Of a stretch of DNA of 46,127 nucleotides, positions 23,490 to 32,665 are shown in pieces (position 1 is the first letter of the stretch; every line of letters starts with the position of its first letter). The position numbers were made by a program, and so were the translations under genes. Origin of the DNA: a virus; the IMG/VR virus record IMGVR_UViG_3300048592_000656. One strand, written 5' to 3'. Below the pieces are notes generated by a model. It saw only the letters and a list, made by a program, of their open reading frames with translations. It had not been told where the DNA came from and searched no databases.

Positions 23490-26400
23490 TTGGTAGCCAG
23501 CTCCCTACGGAGGAGACGAATCTCGTGGATCAGCTTGTCCATTGTAGCCGTGGAATCCGAGTTGCCTCGAGTAATCTCTTGACCGACGTCCTTGAGCCCA
23601 CGCAGCATTGCCATCTGGTCAGATTGCCTCGAGATCGAAACCCTTTCTCCACCAGAAGCCTTGAACTTGACCACTCGAGTGTCGGGGCCCGTATTGCCCG
23701 GGATGACGAAAGAACCACCTGTGGCAAACGCCGGAAGCTGCGGTTCCGATACATCCTGGGCAGTAGACCGAGCTTGTAGAAGAGCAAGGACCTGGTTGAA
23801 GACTGCAAAGAACTGGGGCCCGCTGGCATACAGATTCTCTGCCGCATTCAAGAGATTCGTAGCTGCCTCGCTGATCTGAGTCAATGCCTCGGCACGAAGT
23901 TCCGGCGTAGCTGCTGTCTGCGCATCCAGATTCAGCTTCATGAGCTCGGTGAAAGCATTGTCAAAGACGGTCTGTGCAGACAACGGAGACGACGAACCTT
24001 GGGTAAGCTCCTTGATGAGATCTTTGATGCTGTCTCGAGCGGCCTTGAAGGAGTTGACTCCAGATTGATTGTATTCTTCGATGATCCGAAGCCGTTCGAG
24101 CCCATACAGCTTCTCGATTTCCACAGTCGACAGGCCGAGTGTGGTCGCGTTCTTGATCTGCTCGTCTCGCCACTCGTCGAGGGCCTTGAGCGAAGCAGCC
24201 AACGGGTCTTCGAGCTCCAGAATACGATCCGAAATCGTTTTCTGGAAGTTGGTCACGATCTGGGCCCGTTGTAGACCAAACAGATACTCGATCCGAGTAA
24301 TCTCGAGACCAAGGGCCTGGGCGTTCTTGATTTGTTCTTCTCTGGCCTTGTCGAGTTCGTTGAGTTGGCTCTGGAGAGGATTCTCGATCTTCAGGATCTC
24401 GACTTCAGTGTTGTCTGTGAACTCGTCCTTCAGGCGTTGCAAAGACTGTGCACGAGCCGCATCGATCCTGGACTGTTCTTCTCCGTAAACCTTCGCAGCC
24501 TCAGAAAGCTCTTTGAATCGGTCATCCAACTCTTTGAGAGCCGCTTCAGCTTCGCCCAAGGGACCAGCCTCGAGCTCTTCCAAAGCCTCGATGAACGACT
24601 TCCTTTCCTCCAAAAAGCTTGCAGCACCTCCGGTCAAGGCCTCGAGGTAGGCGGCATTCGGAGTGTTGTTATTCGCGGCAGCGGCTTGGCGCTCGATGCT
24701 TACAAGCTGTTCTCCAAGACCCAAGGCCGCGAACTGTTGGGCCAGTCGAGACTGAACCACGACCGCAATGTCATTTTCCGAGAAAGACTTGCCACGAGTG
24801 TTGACCTTGGGGCCCAAAGTCCCCTCGATGGCGGCCCTTACTCGTTCAATCTCGGCATCAGTCAAGCTCTTGGCGATTGCGGCATCTGAAGCGCCTAGGA
24901 AATTAGCCAATTGCTGGGAAAAGTCTTGACCGACCTGAGTACCTTTGGTGCCCAAAATCCCCACTCGACCAAAGGGACCTTCCGAGAATGCTCCATCTTC
25001 GAAGATGTTGGCGGGGGTACCAACGCCTCCGCTATAGATTTGGAATTCCTGATGATCGGGTCGATTCTTCGGGATCAGCGAGCCAGCGGCAACGCCAAGG
25101 AATGCTCCAATGGCCGCACCGATCGGACCGGCGAAAGTTCCCAAAGAGGCACCCATCAAAGCGCCACCTGCGATGCCTCCACCAATTCCACCAACCAAGC
25201 CAAGGCCACCGTCGATCAACCCATTGCCCGAACCCAACCCGAGGGCCTGAGCGCCAAAGGCTCCCAGAGCCCCACCAATGCCTGCCAACGGTGAGAAGGC
25301 CGAGATTACTCCCAACTGCTGTGCACCCGAGAGGGTAATGCCAAGCCCGTTGAGGCCTCGAAGTGCAAGACCGGCGCCGTATCCCCCGAAGGTTCCCACA
25401 GAGGTCAGGCCCGAGAGGCCGTTTACGAGCTTGCTGCCCAGACTCAGAATGTTCTGGAAAAAGCTCGGCGAAGGTGCGGTGCTTGAAGCTCCACCCGACA
25501 CATTCCCGAAGGTACCGCCAGTACCAATGGCTGCCGAGGAACCTGCACCGAAGAGTGCAGAAAGAATGCCTCCGCCTGCGTTGCCTCCTCCGAGGATGGA
25601 AGTAAGTCCAGCAGTACCAGAGAAGCTTTGCAGGATGGGTCTGAAGATGAGGAGAGACGCGATTTCAGCCGCAAGTCTCTTGAAGATCGAGAAGACTTCA
25701 CCCGCTAAGTCCTTGAAGCTGTCGATGCCACCATCAAAGACCTTCTCGAAAGTGTCGGCGAACAGCCCCTGGACCGAACGAGCCGCTTCCTTGAAAGGTT
25801 CGAGAAGCAAATCCCTTTCGGCTTCTCGTCGCCTTTCAGTTTCAGCTTCTGCATCCTTCTGGGCCTTCTTTACCTTTGTCAATTCTTGCTGAAGGTCGAA
25901 GAGTTTTCCAGCCTTCTCTTCGATGATTCGGACCTCTTCGGCCTCGAGAGGCTGCTTTCGCTCGAGGGCCTTTGCCCTTGCTTCCACAAGGGCATTGTCG
26001 ATGGCTCGAGCTCGAGCCAAAGCCGTAACTGCAGCTTCCCCCTGACGAGCAGCATTGACGTCCTGTTGTGCCTCAACGACCGATTGATTGAGGGCCCCGA
26101 TGTATCCAATGAGCTCGATGGTAGCCTGGCCGCGTTCCTTTGCAGCCTGTGCAGCGGCCTTTTCCGCTTCACGTTCGGTCTTTGCCAATTCTTTGGATGC
26201 ACCAGAGGCACGATCCATCTCTTCCTTGGCAATGACCAAAAGCTCGTTGTATCGGGCCTGGGTGATGTAGCCCTCTTTCAGGCCCCGATCGAGTTCCAGG
26301 ACTGTGGCATTGTATTCTTCATGTGCCTTCTTGACTTTGTCAAGATCGGACTCGAATTCACTGAAGGCTTTCCGAGCACGTTCAGTCTTCGTAGCTTCAT

Positions 26401-28750
26401 CTTCCACAACAGTGGCTGCAGAAGCTACAGCAGCTGCATAGGCATCGGTTGTGGTAGTAGTCTCTTTGACTACTCCTTGAAGCTCAAGAACCTTGGCTCG
26501 TTGCCTTTCGATGTCACCAATCAATTGCTGTTCAGCGAAAGGAGTCAGTGAAGTAGTGGCATAGGTCTCTTCGAGCTCTGCCAATACCAAACGAGCCTGC
26601 TTCAAGCCTTCGGGATCAAGCTTGATAGCAATCTCGCGTTGTTGCTTGAGACTTTCACCGAGATTGTTAGCATCGGCTTGTGCCCCAGCCTCACTTAGAT
26701 CGCGATAGGCATTCTCCAGAATCCTGACATTCGCTGCAGCTTTCTCAAACTCAGACTTTTCAGGAGCATTAAGAGCCAAACCAACTTGGACACCGCCAGC
26801 TCCAGCGATTCCGCCCAAGATAGCTCCAAGAGGACCACCCAAAGCCAACCCGGCGCCAGCTCCACCAATGGCCCCAAGAATTGTGAGAATCTGTGTAGAA
26901 TTCTCCACCATATACTTGAGCGTACCACCCAAGAGATTGGCGATGTTCAAGAGACCTTCACGAGTTTCGGGATTAGCTAGTGCGGACCGGAGCTGTTCAA
27001 CTCCTTCCACAAGGGCATCGACGATCCCCGCCTTTCCGGCTTCGACCTCGAGCAGGAAGATCTCGTTCCGCAACCGATTCAACTGACCGAGCAATTCTTC
27101 TGAAGCTTGAAGGGCTTCTGCTCCGAAGAGGTCTTGGAGAGCCTTAGCAAACGCGGGGATGAACTCACTCGCGCTTACCAGGCCCTTTTCCATCGCCTCG
27201 GTCAATTCTTCCGGCGTCTTCTTCAACGCAGCCGCGGCAATGGCGAAGGCACCAGGCAGACGATCACCCAACTGCCTCTTGAGCTCTTCCGATTTCAGAG
27301 TGTTCTGGGAGATGACCTGTTGCAAGGCGTAGAGAACGCCTGCGGTTTCGTCTGCTCCGAGTCGAAGGGCTGCCGAAGCCTGGGCAACACCGAGGAATAC
27401 AGATCGGGCTGTACTCATGTCGTAGTTGGCGGATCGCGCTGCCGCTGCCAACTTGGCGTATTCTCCAGCAGAGAACTTGAGATCAGTACCAAGCCTATTG
27501 GCAACGGCACTGAGGAATTGGAATTCTGCTTCGGCCTTTTCCGTATCACCCGTAGCAGCTCGGAGAGCGCCTCGAATCTTCTCAAACTCGATGCTGGCCT
27601 GAGCGATGTTCTGGACGGCAGAGAAACCAGCGAAGGCTGCTGCCAAAGCGCCTACGCCAGCGATCAATCCAACCTTACCAGCCGTACCTACACCGCCTCC
27701 CCCGACTGCTCCAGAAATCGAGAACAGGGTCTCTTGGATTGTGAGGAGACCAGGGATTGCGAGTGCCGTGGTTCGGCTAAGGGTGCCGAAGCTATCGGCC
27801 AAGGCTGCTATTGAGGCCTTTAGACCGTTTGCCCCTTGGGCTTCTCGTTGATAATGAGCAGCAATCTGTTGCCGCAAGGCAAGCGTCTGACGAGCGTTGA
27901 GAAGCCCCGCCGCTTGAGCTCGGTTGAGAATCGACGAATTGTCTCGGAACTCGAGCTGAGCCCTTTGTTGAGGCGTAGCCGTTCGAGAGCGGAGTGAAGC
28001 CAACTGTCGTTCGATTCTCTGCATTTCTGCGAGACGCTGACCATCCGCACGGCTGAGTTCTCTCGCGGCTCGAAGCCGATCGGCCGCAATTTGACCGACG
28101 ATGCGACGTTCCTCACGAAGCGCTTGTTCGCGTTGGCGAGCGACTTCACGCGCCGCGCTGCGTTCCTCACGAGAAGCCGCCTGTCTTGCCGCACGCTCCT
28201 CCCTCTGCAGCTGCCGTAGACGCTCCGCATCCTGGCGGCTTTGTTGGCTGATGGAGTTTCGCTGGTCTCGACTGAGCAATCGAACTCGAGCGGCTTCTTC
28301 TTGAGCCAGGGCTCGAGCTCGGACCTGAGCTTCACGCTCCGCTGCTCGAAGTCGTTCAGCGTCTAGCCTGCTTTGTACCTGGGCAGCTCGAGCCCGTTCG
28401 CGCGCTACGGCGCTCTCGAGGCTCTGAATCTGCTTCAGGCGGTCAGCATCGAGGCGAGCGGCTTCCTTGATCGCCCGAGCTCGATCTTGCGCGAGAGCCT
28501 TTTCAGTACTGCCAAGCTTTCGAGTAGCGGCCTCGGTCTGTTCGACCGCCGTCTTGGCTTGCTGAAAAGACTGGTTATCTACTTTGAGGGTGACTCCTTG
28601 TGACCGGAGTGCGGACACGGCATCCTGAAGTTGGCGCAATTCTTCATAGGCCCGTTTGGCCGCCTTCGCCATCGAATCAGCACTGGATACGAACTTCCTA
28701 GCACCTTGCTCGGCTCGAGTGCTGTCGATACCAACTTCAATGTCTGCCAC
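23486..28750 (-). CDS. Tape measure protein (1754 aa)
   Basis: Size. Long Ala/Arg/Glu/Gln coiled-coil stretches, Gly-rich hydrophobic segments (GGGGVGTAGKVGLIAGVGALAAAFAG and others). Lies directly after the G/GT chaperone pair. Confidence 0.9.
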   Translation of the reverse strand: MADIEVGIDSTRAEQGARKFVSSADSMAKAAKRAYEELRQLQDAVSALRSQGVTLKVDNQSFQQAKTAVEQTEAATRKLGSTEKALAQDRARAIKEAARLDADRLKQIQSLESAVARERARAAQVQSRLDAERLRAAEREAQVRARALAQEEAARVRLLSRDQRNSISQQSRQDAERLRQLQREERAARQAASREERSAAREVARQREQALREERRIVGQIAADRLRAARELSRADGQRLAEMQRIERQLASLRSRTATPQQRAQLEFRDNSSILNRAQAAGLLNARQTLALRQQIAAHYQREAQGANGLKASIAALADSFGTLSRTTALAIPGLLTIQETLFSISGAVGGGGVGTAGKVGLIAGVGALAAAFAGFSAVQNIAQASIEFEKIRGALRAATGDTEKAEAEFQFLSAVANRLGTDLKFSAGEYAKLAAAARSANYDMSTARSVFLGVAQASAALRLGADETAGVLYALQQVISQNTLKSEELKRQLGDRLPGAFAIAAAALKKTPEELTEAMEKGLVSASEFIPAFAKALQDLFGAEALQASEELLGQLNRLRNEIFLLEVEAGKAGIVDALVEGVEQLRSALANPETREGLLNIANLLGGTLKYMVENSTQILTILGAIGGAGAGLALGGPLGAILGGIAGAGGVQVGLALNAPEKSEFEKAAANVRILENAYRDLSEAGAQADANNLGESLKQQREIAIKLDPEGLKQARLVLAELEETYATTSLTPFAEQQLIGDIERQRAKVLELQGVVKETTTTTDAYAAAVASAATVVEDEATKTERARKAFSEFESDLDKVKKAHEEYNATVLELDRGLKEGYITQARYNELLVIAKEEMDRASGASKELAKTEREAEKAAAQAAKERGQATIELIGYIGALNQSVVEAQQDVNAARQGEAAVTALARARAIDNALVEARAKALERKQPLEAEEVRIIEEKAGKLFDLQQELTKVKKAQKDAEAETERRREAERDLLLEPFKEAARSVQGLFADTFEKVFDGGIDSFKDLAGEVFSIFKRLAAEIASLLIFRPILQSFSGTAGLTSILGGGNAGGGILSALFGAGSSAAIGTGGTFGNVSGGASSTAPSPSFFQNILSLGSKLVNGLSGLTSVGTFGGYGAGLALRGLNGLGITLSGAQQLGVISAFSPLAGIGGALGAFGAQALGLGSGNGLIDGGLGLVGGIGGGIAGGALMGASLGTFAGPIGAAIGAFLGVAAGSLIPKNRPDHQEFQIYSGGVGTPANIFEDGAFSEGPFGRVGILGTKGTQVGQDFSQQLANFLGASDAAIAKSLTDAEIERVRAAIEGTLGPKVNTRGKSFSENDIAVVVQSRLAQQFAALGLGEQLVSIERQAAAANNNTPNAAYLEALTGGAASFLEERKSFIEALEELEAGPLGEAEAALKELDDRFKELSEAAKVYGEEQSRIDAARAQSLQRLKDEFTDNTEVEILKIENPLQSQLNELDKAREEQIKNAQALGLEITRIEYLFGLQRAQIVTNFQKTISDRILELEDPLAASLKALDEWRDEQIKNATTLGLSTVEIEKLYGLERLRIIEEYNQSGVNSFKAARDSIKDLIKELTQGSSSPLSAQTVFDNAFTELMKLNLDAQTAATPELRAEALTQISEAATNLLNAAENLYASGPQFFAVFNQVLALLQARSTAQDVSEPQLPAFATGGSFVIPGNTGPDTRVVKFKASGGERVSISRQSDQMAMLRGLKDVGQEITRGNSDSTATMDKLIHEIRLLRRELATK

Positions 28751-28762
28751 GCCGCACCCCGG

Positions 28763-29529
28763 TCACTTTCCGGCGTTGGTGAGTTTGACCTGTTCAGTCC
28801 AGGCAAGCCGGAATTCGGAATCCATTGCCTGAATGAATGGAAGCCAGGTCAAGAAGATCCACGGACAATCGATGCCTCGGGTGTAGGATTCAACCGATGC
28901 AATATCTATTGGAAATTCCACCGGTTGTGCGAGTCGGAGATGCCAAAACGCTTCCCACAAAGGCATCAAGGCCGGAGGTACATCGGGCTCTTCACCAAGG
29001 AAATCGTCGAGGGCATCCGCTTCGAGCAGGGTTTCAATCTTAACGGGGTCTAGTGACCCAGTGATGACCCTGTAGCGGACTGCCTCTCTCAGTTTCCCTT
29101 GACCTTCTCCTCCTCCGCTTCCTCGACCATGCCCACGCCGCGAACCGCGACCGTGATGGCTTCTGCCACCATGGCGAAGCGGCGCTCGGTCATGAACGAC
29201 TTGGCCTGCTCGGGAGAATACGGGACTTCGACGCCCGACTTGTTCTTCAGTCCCTTCCAGTCGAGAATGCACGCTTCACTGATGCATTCACGAGTGATCC
29301 GTTCGCTCTCGTCCGTCAGTCGGGCAGTCGAGAGACGACCCAATGCACGAAGCTTGGAGAACTTCTTGGTCTGCGCCTTCCGATACGCATCACTGCGAAT
29401 CGACCGGAGCTTGATCTCGAAGTTCGGCTGAACCTCGGACATGGGAACCCAGACTCCGTCGTCTTCCGCCTGGACATCGACTTCGAAGTCGAACTCTTCG
29501 ACTGCCTGAACCAAATCCGAACCTTCCAT
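28763..29529 (-). CDS. Tail assembly chaperone, -1 frameshift fusion product (GT-like)
   Basis: ORF 28763..29272 is in the -1 frame relative to 29089..29565. Slipping at GGGAAAC (29092-29098) joins ...EEEKVKG to LREAVRYRVITGSLDPVK..., and the product ends 12 nt before the tape measure start. Confidence 0.6.
29089..29529 (-). CDS. Tail assembly chaperone (G-like)
   Basis: Acidic ~146-aa protein between the major tail and tape measure genes. ATG 29529 (MEGSDL) has an AGGAGA SD; the track ORF extends to 29565. Confidence 0.65.
   Translation of the reverse strand: MEGSDLVQAVEEFDFEVDVQAEDDGVWVPMSEVQPNFEIKLRSIRSDAYRKAQTKKFSKLRALGRLSTARLTDESERITRECISEACILDWKGLKNKSGVEVPYSPEQAKSFMTERRFAMVAEAITVAVRGVGMVEEAEEEKVKGN
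29092..29098 (-). promoter_or_regulatory. Programmed -1 ribosomal frameshift slippery heptamer G GGA AAC
   Basis: The minus strand reads AAG GGA AAC TGA. This is X XXY YYZ in the zero frame immediately before the stop, and the -1 frame stays open for 110 further codons. Confidence 0.7.
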
Positions 29530-29591
29530 CTCTTTCTCCTGTGGGTAAAGCATCCAGCTACCCACTCAATGACCGGCTTCGCCGGTCGTGA

Positions 29592-30842
29592 CTACACGCC
29601 GAACAGATCGATCTGAACTGCGACGCCGTTGGCATCTTCCTTGGGGAAGAAGCCGATGTTCTGAGCGATGGCTCCCTGTCGACCCTGGATGACCGACTCG
29701 AACTCGCCGAGATCGACCGCGGGGAGCGTGAAGATCGCGGACACGTTGTTCGGCCAGCTGAGCTGCCACGAGATCATCGTCTCCGTGGCATTCTCGATCT
29801 TGTTTGCCATCGAGACGTCGGCCAGGTACAGGGACATTCGACCCTGAGCCGAAACCGAACCCAGACCGATCTCGTCCGGGCCGAGGACCCCGATGGCCGG
29901 GAGATCCTGCAGATTGTTGTTGAACTCGAAGGTGATCTCCGTGGCCTTGTGAGTCGAGACCGAGGCCATCGTACCTTCACGGACGTTGATCACGTTGTCG
30001 ATGGCATTGGCCGGGCGAAGCGTGGAAGCTGCCGCCGGCGTACCCGCGCCCGAGGAACCCGACGTGGTCGGGAACTTGGACCACCATTCCATCGAGCCCG
30101 TCACGATCTCGCGAGAACGCATGTTCAGCGAGAACGTGTTGATGAGGGCTCCCAGGAACAGCTGGTAGACGCCGACGTCCGTGAACTGCTTCTCGATGGT
30201 GAAGCTGTTCGCGGTCGACCCGATCACGAGACGAGTACCTTCGATCACGATGTCGGTCTGGCCTGCCTCGTTCGAGAAGGTTCGACCTTCCACTGCGATC
30301 ACGTTGTTGCTGGTCTTGCCCGTGCATCGGACATAACCGTTGTTGGCCGCCGAAGTGAAGCCCGCGACGCGGAACCACTGCCCCACGGCGATGTTGGCGA
30401 AAGCGTTGGCCGTCGCCGCATCGGTCATGGTGCACGTCTGACCGGCCGAAGCCGAGATGTCGATCGATCGTGCCGAAAGATCGACGTCCGTTGGCGTCGC
30501 TGCGCACATCACCGCCTGAAGCAGCGACTTGAACAGCGTATCGAGATGGGCCTCGAAGTTGATGGGACCTCGGCCCAGGACGTTCGTTCGGATCGCGCCC
30601 AGCGGATTGCGACCTGCTCGAACTTCCTGAGATTCGGTGAGGCTGATGTCGTGCTTCAGGCCCTCGCTCGTGAAGCGAGTGTACTGGAAGCCCGTGCCCG
30701 GATTCACTCCGTAGCTGGACTCCTTGACGACCGCGAGTCGACCGTTGGCTGCTTGAGCCTTGGGCATTTGACTTTCTCCTTCTGTTGATGAGAGCATCCC
30801 TCCAAACGGTGTCGTTCCGAAGGGACTTTCGCCGAAAGACAC
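29592..30842 (-). CDS. Major tail (tube) protein (416 aa from GTG 30842; alternative ATG 30767)
   Basis: The only large gene between the head-tail joining genes and the chaperone. Both candidate starts have strong SDs (AGGAGGGG and AAGGAGA). Confidence 0.6.
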   Translation of the reverse strand: MSFGESPFGTTPFGGMLSSTEGESQMPKAQAANGRLAVVKESSYGVNPGTGFQYTRFTSEGLKHDISLTESQEVRAGRNPLGAIRTNVLGRGPINFEAHLDTLFKSLLQAVMCAATPTDVDLSARSIDISASAGQTCTMTDAATANAFANIAVGQWFRVAGFTSAANNGYVRCTGKTSNNVIAVEGRTFSNEAGQTDIVIEGTRLVIGSTANSFTIEKQFTDVGVYQLFLGALINTFSLNMRSREIVTGSMEWWSKFPTTSGSSGAGTPAAASTLRPANAIDNVINVREGTMASVSTHKATEITFEFNNNLQDLPAIGVLGPDEIGLGSVSAQGRMSLYLADVSMANKIENATETMISWQLSWPNNVSAIFTLPAVDLGEFESVIQGRQGAIAQNIGFFPKEDANGVAVQIDLFGV

Positions 30843-30862
30843 GTTGACCCCTCCTAGGGCTT

Positions 30863-31282
30863 CTAGGCGAAGTCGTTGCCTGTGAAGTCAGTCAACGCTA
30901 TTCCTTTATAGTGTTGACCCTCCCCGCCAACTATGATCAGACGAGTTTCCTCGAACTGAACATTGGTTGTTGCTTTGAGCTGAAGAGCACCAGCAACGCT
31001 GTCTCCAATTCTCCTGAGCCCTCTTTCCCCGTCACCGAGGGGAACGTAGATTTCCACGACCGCGAACCCAGGCCTCTCCATCAGACGACCGCCGGGATTA
31101 CCCAGGCTAGTCAATCGGCTCCGCCGCTCTCTGATTGAGAATCGAACCCAGGATTCTGTCGGTGTGGGCAGGACCGAGGCCTTCGATTGATTTGCCCACA
31201 GGATCAGCAACCCTGGCTGAAGCAACGCAAACTCGACCCGAAACAAGTCTCGAACTTCATCCGCGATGATTTCGAAGCTCAT
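30863..31282 (-). CDS. Tail terminator / tail completion protein candidate (139 aa)
   Basis: Position directly upstream of the major tail gene, with a 4-nt overlap upstream. No strong motif. Confidence 0.45.
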   Translation of the reverse strand: MSFEIIADEVRDLFRVEFALLQPGLLILWANQSKASVLPTPTESWVRFSIRERRSRLTSLGNPGGRLMERPGFAVVEIYVPLGDGERGLRRIGDSVAGALQLKATTNVQFEETRLIIVGGEGQHYKGIALTDFTGNDFA

Positions 31283-31746
31283 TTCAGACCTCGGATAGCC
31301 TTTTGAATGGCTTGTGCGAACCGGGCCGGAGCTTCCAATTGTAGCTCGACGGCGGTCTGTTCGTAGACTAGCTTGGGCTGATTTTCTCCCGACCCGTACT
31401 CGATCGCGGCAGCGTAGGCAATGTCATTGAAGATAACAACCCTCTCATACGGCCCGATGGGGGCCAGGAGATCTTCTACGCCTGAAACGTCGGGTGCCGG
31501 GATCACCGATCCAAGTGTCTTGATTCCCTCGACGGGGGGTTTACTCGGGTGCTCATAAATCAGAGCTCCCTGAGAACTTCCTACCGCGATTTGATGCCGA
31601 GCCCGATATGAACCCGTTAGTACTGGGCTGTACTCGACGACAGCTTCGAAGGCTTCTTGAACCAGTCCATCTCGGGCTTCCTTTACGGCCTTATCAATGG
31701 CACGCGCTTGCTTCGGGAAGCTTTGAGCGAACTGGTTCAGATTCAC
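31279..31746 (-). CDS. HK97 gp10-like head-tail joining protein candidate (155 aa)
   Basis: AVVEYSPVLTGSYRARH resembles the P..TG.LR motif of HK97 gp10-family proteins. Position fits. Confidence 0.5.
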   Translation of the reverse strand: MNLNQFAQSFPKQARAIDKAVKEARDGLVQEAFEAVVEYSPVLTGSYRARHQIAVGSSQGALIYEHPSKPPVEGIKTLGSVIPAPDVSGVEDLLAPIGPYERVVIFNDIAYAAAIEYGSGENQPKLVYEQTAVELQLEAPARFAQAIQKAIRGLK

Positions 31747-32135
31747 GTCAATCCTCGGACGAAGACTTCCCTGGCACAGATGAGCTCGCCAGAGTAGTAC
31801 ACGTTCTTTTGGACCACGAAGAACTTGAGACCGTCGAAGTGAATCTCGTCGAACTCTTGGATGTCGATCACGGCATTTTCTTCTGCAAACCAGATGACTG
31901 AATCGGTAGGCAGAAGGTCCATTCGATCAGGCGTGGCATCTCGTTTGCCAAGCTCACGAACGGAAACCGGCGCCGGAGGTGAACCTTTGACTGTGTATGT
32001 GACTGGAGTACCAACTGTGGTTGCATCCGTGTTGGGATCGTAGGCACGGGTCTTTCGCACCACAGACATCACTTTCCCAACCTCGTCGATGATCAGCTTG
32101 ACTGAGGCACGAAGATCGACGTCTAGTTGGGTCAT
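31743..32135 (-). CDS. Head closure / head-tail joining protein candidate (130 aa)
   Basis: Position between the adaptor and the gp10-like gene, with 4-nt overlaps on both sides. Confidence 0.45.
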   Translation of the reverse strand: MTQLDVDLRASVKLIIDEVGKVMSVVRKTRAYDPNTDATTVGTPVTYTVKGSPPAPVSVRELGKRDATPDRMDLLPTDSVIWFAEENAVIDIQEFDEIHFDGLKFFVVQKNVYYSGELICAREVFVRGLT

Positions 32136-32638
32136 GCTCGGATCAATTCGATCCCACCCGGCTTCAAGAGCGGGGCCAGGATCTGCTCCACGGTTCGGAA
32201 TTTCGGAGAAGAAGGACGCCCGAAGTGACGGAAATACTTGCGGATGGGGCCAACCTGCGTCACTCCTTCCACAGGTTGTGCTGCCGGTACATCGGGCTCG
32301 AGGGAAGTCCCCTGGATCTTGCGAATCGCGAGCTCGAGAGTCGCGTTCACGATCTCCTTGGGGACCTCGTTGCTGGGGAGAGGAAAGCCATTCCGGTCTA
32401 CGACTTCATACCTGGGCCAGTCGAGACCCTGGTCTCGGGAGTTTCGCAACCCCTTCCACCGGGGACCGTACTTCTGATCCAGGTACTGAGAGGCGTTGAC
32501 TAGAGCTTGCTCCCTCGCTTGCGTATCGGCCGAAGAAATGTCGACCCCCCGGTCTCCCGTATAGCTCACCAATTCTGCGACGGCCGCATAACTGTTGGCT
32601 GCCGTGAGTCCCGTACCATCTTCGACCGTAAACGCCAT
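32132..32638 (-). CDS. Head-tail adaptor (gp6-like / DnaT-like connector family)
   Basis: MAFTVEDGTGLTAANSYAAVAELVSYTGDRG is the typical N-terminus of this connector family. Lies directly after the capsid gene. Confidence 0.6.
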   Translation of the reverse strand: MAFTVEDGTGLTAANSYAAVAELVSYTGDRGVDISSADTQAREQALVNASQYLDQKYGPRWKGLRNSRDQGLDWPRYEVVDRNGFPLPSNEVPKEIVNATLELAIRKIQGTSLEPDVPAAQPVEGVTQVGPIRKYFRHFGRPSSPKFRTVEQILAPLLKPGGIELIRA

Positions 32639-32665
32639 GGCTCCCTCTCCCCAGCTCCGAGTTGA

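Noticed and set aside
23530-28603. Many 60-235 aa ORFs antisense to or out of frame within the tape measure gene (for example 27107..27814 +, 25886..26551 +, 25278..25892 +, 27820..28335 -).
   Set aside because: They are fully contained in a 5.3-kb gene with consistent coding character, have no SD or start context, and give low-complexity products. This is typical of shadow ORFs in a repetitive Ala/Arg/Glu-rich gene.
29566-30788. Long ORFs overlapping the major tail gene (29949..30788 +, 29977..30507 -, 29566..29769 -, 29774..29980 -).
   Set aside because: The products are Arg/Gly-rich nonsense from the locally GC-rich segment. The 29592..30842 frame has strong SDs and fits the module order.
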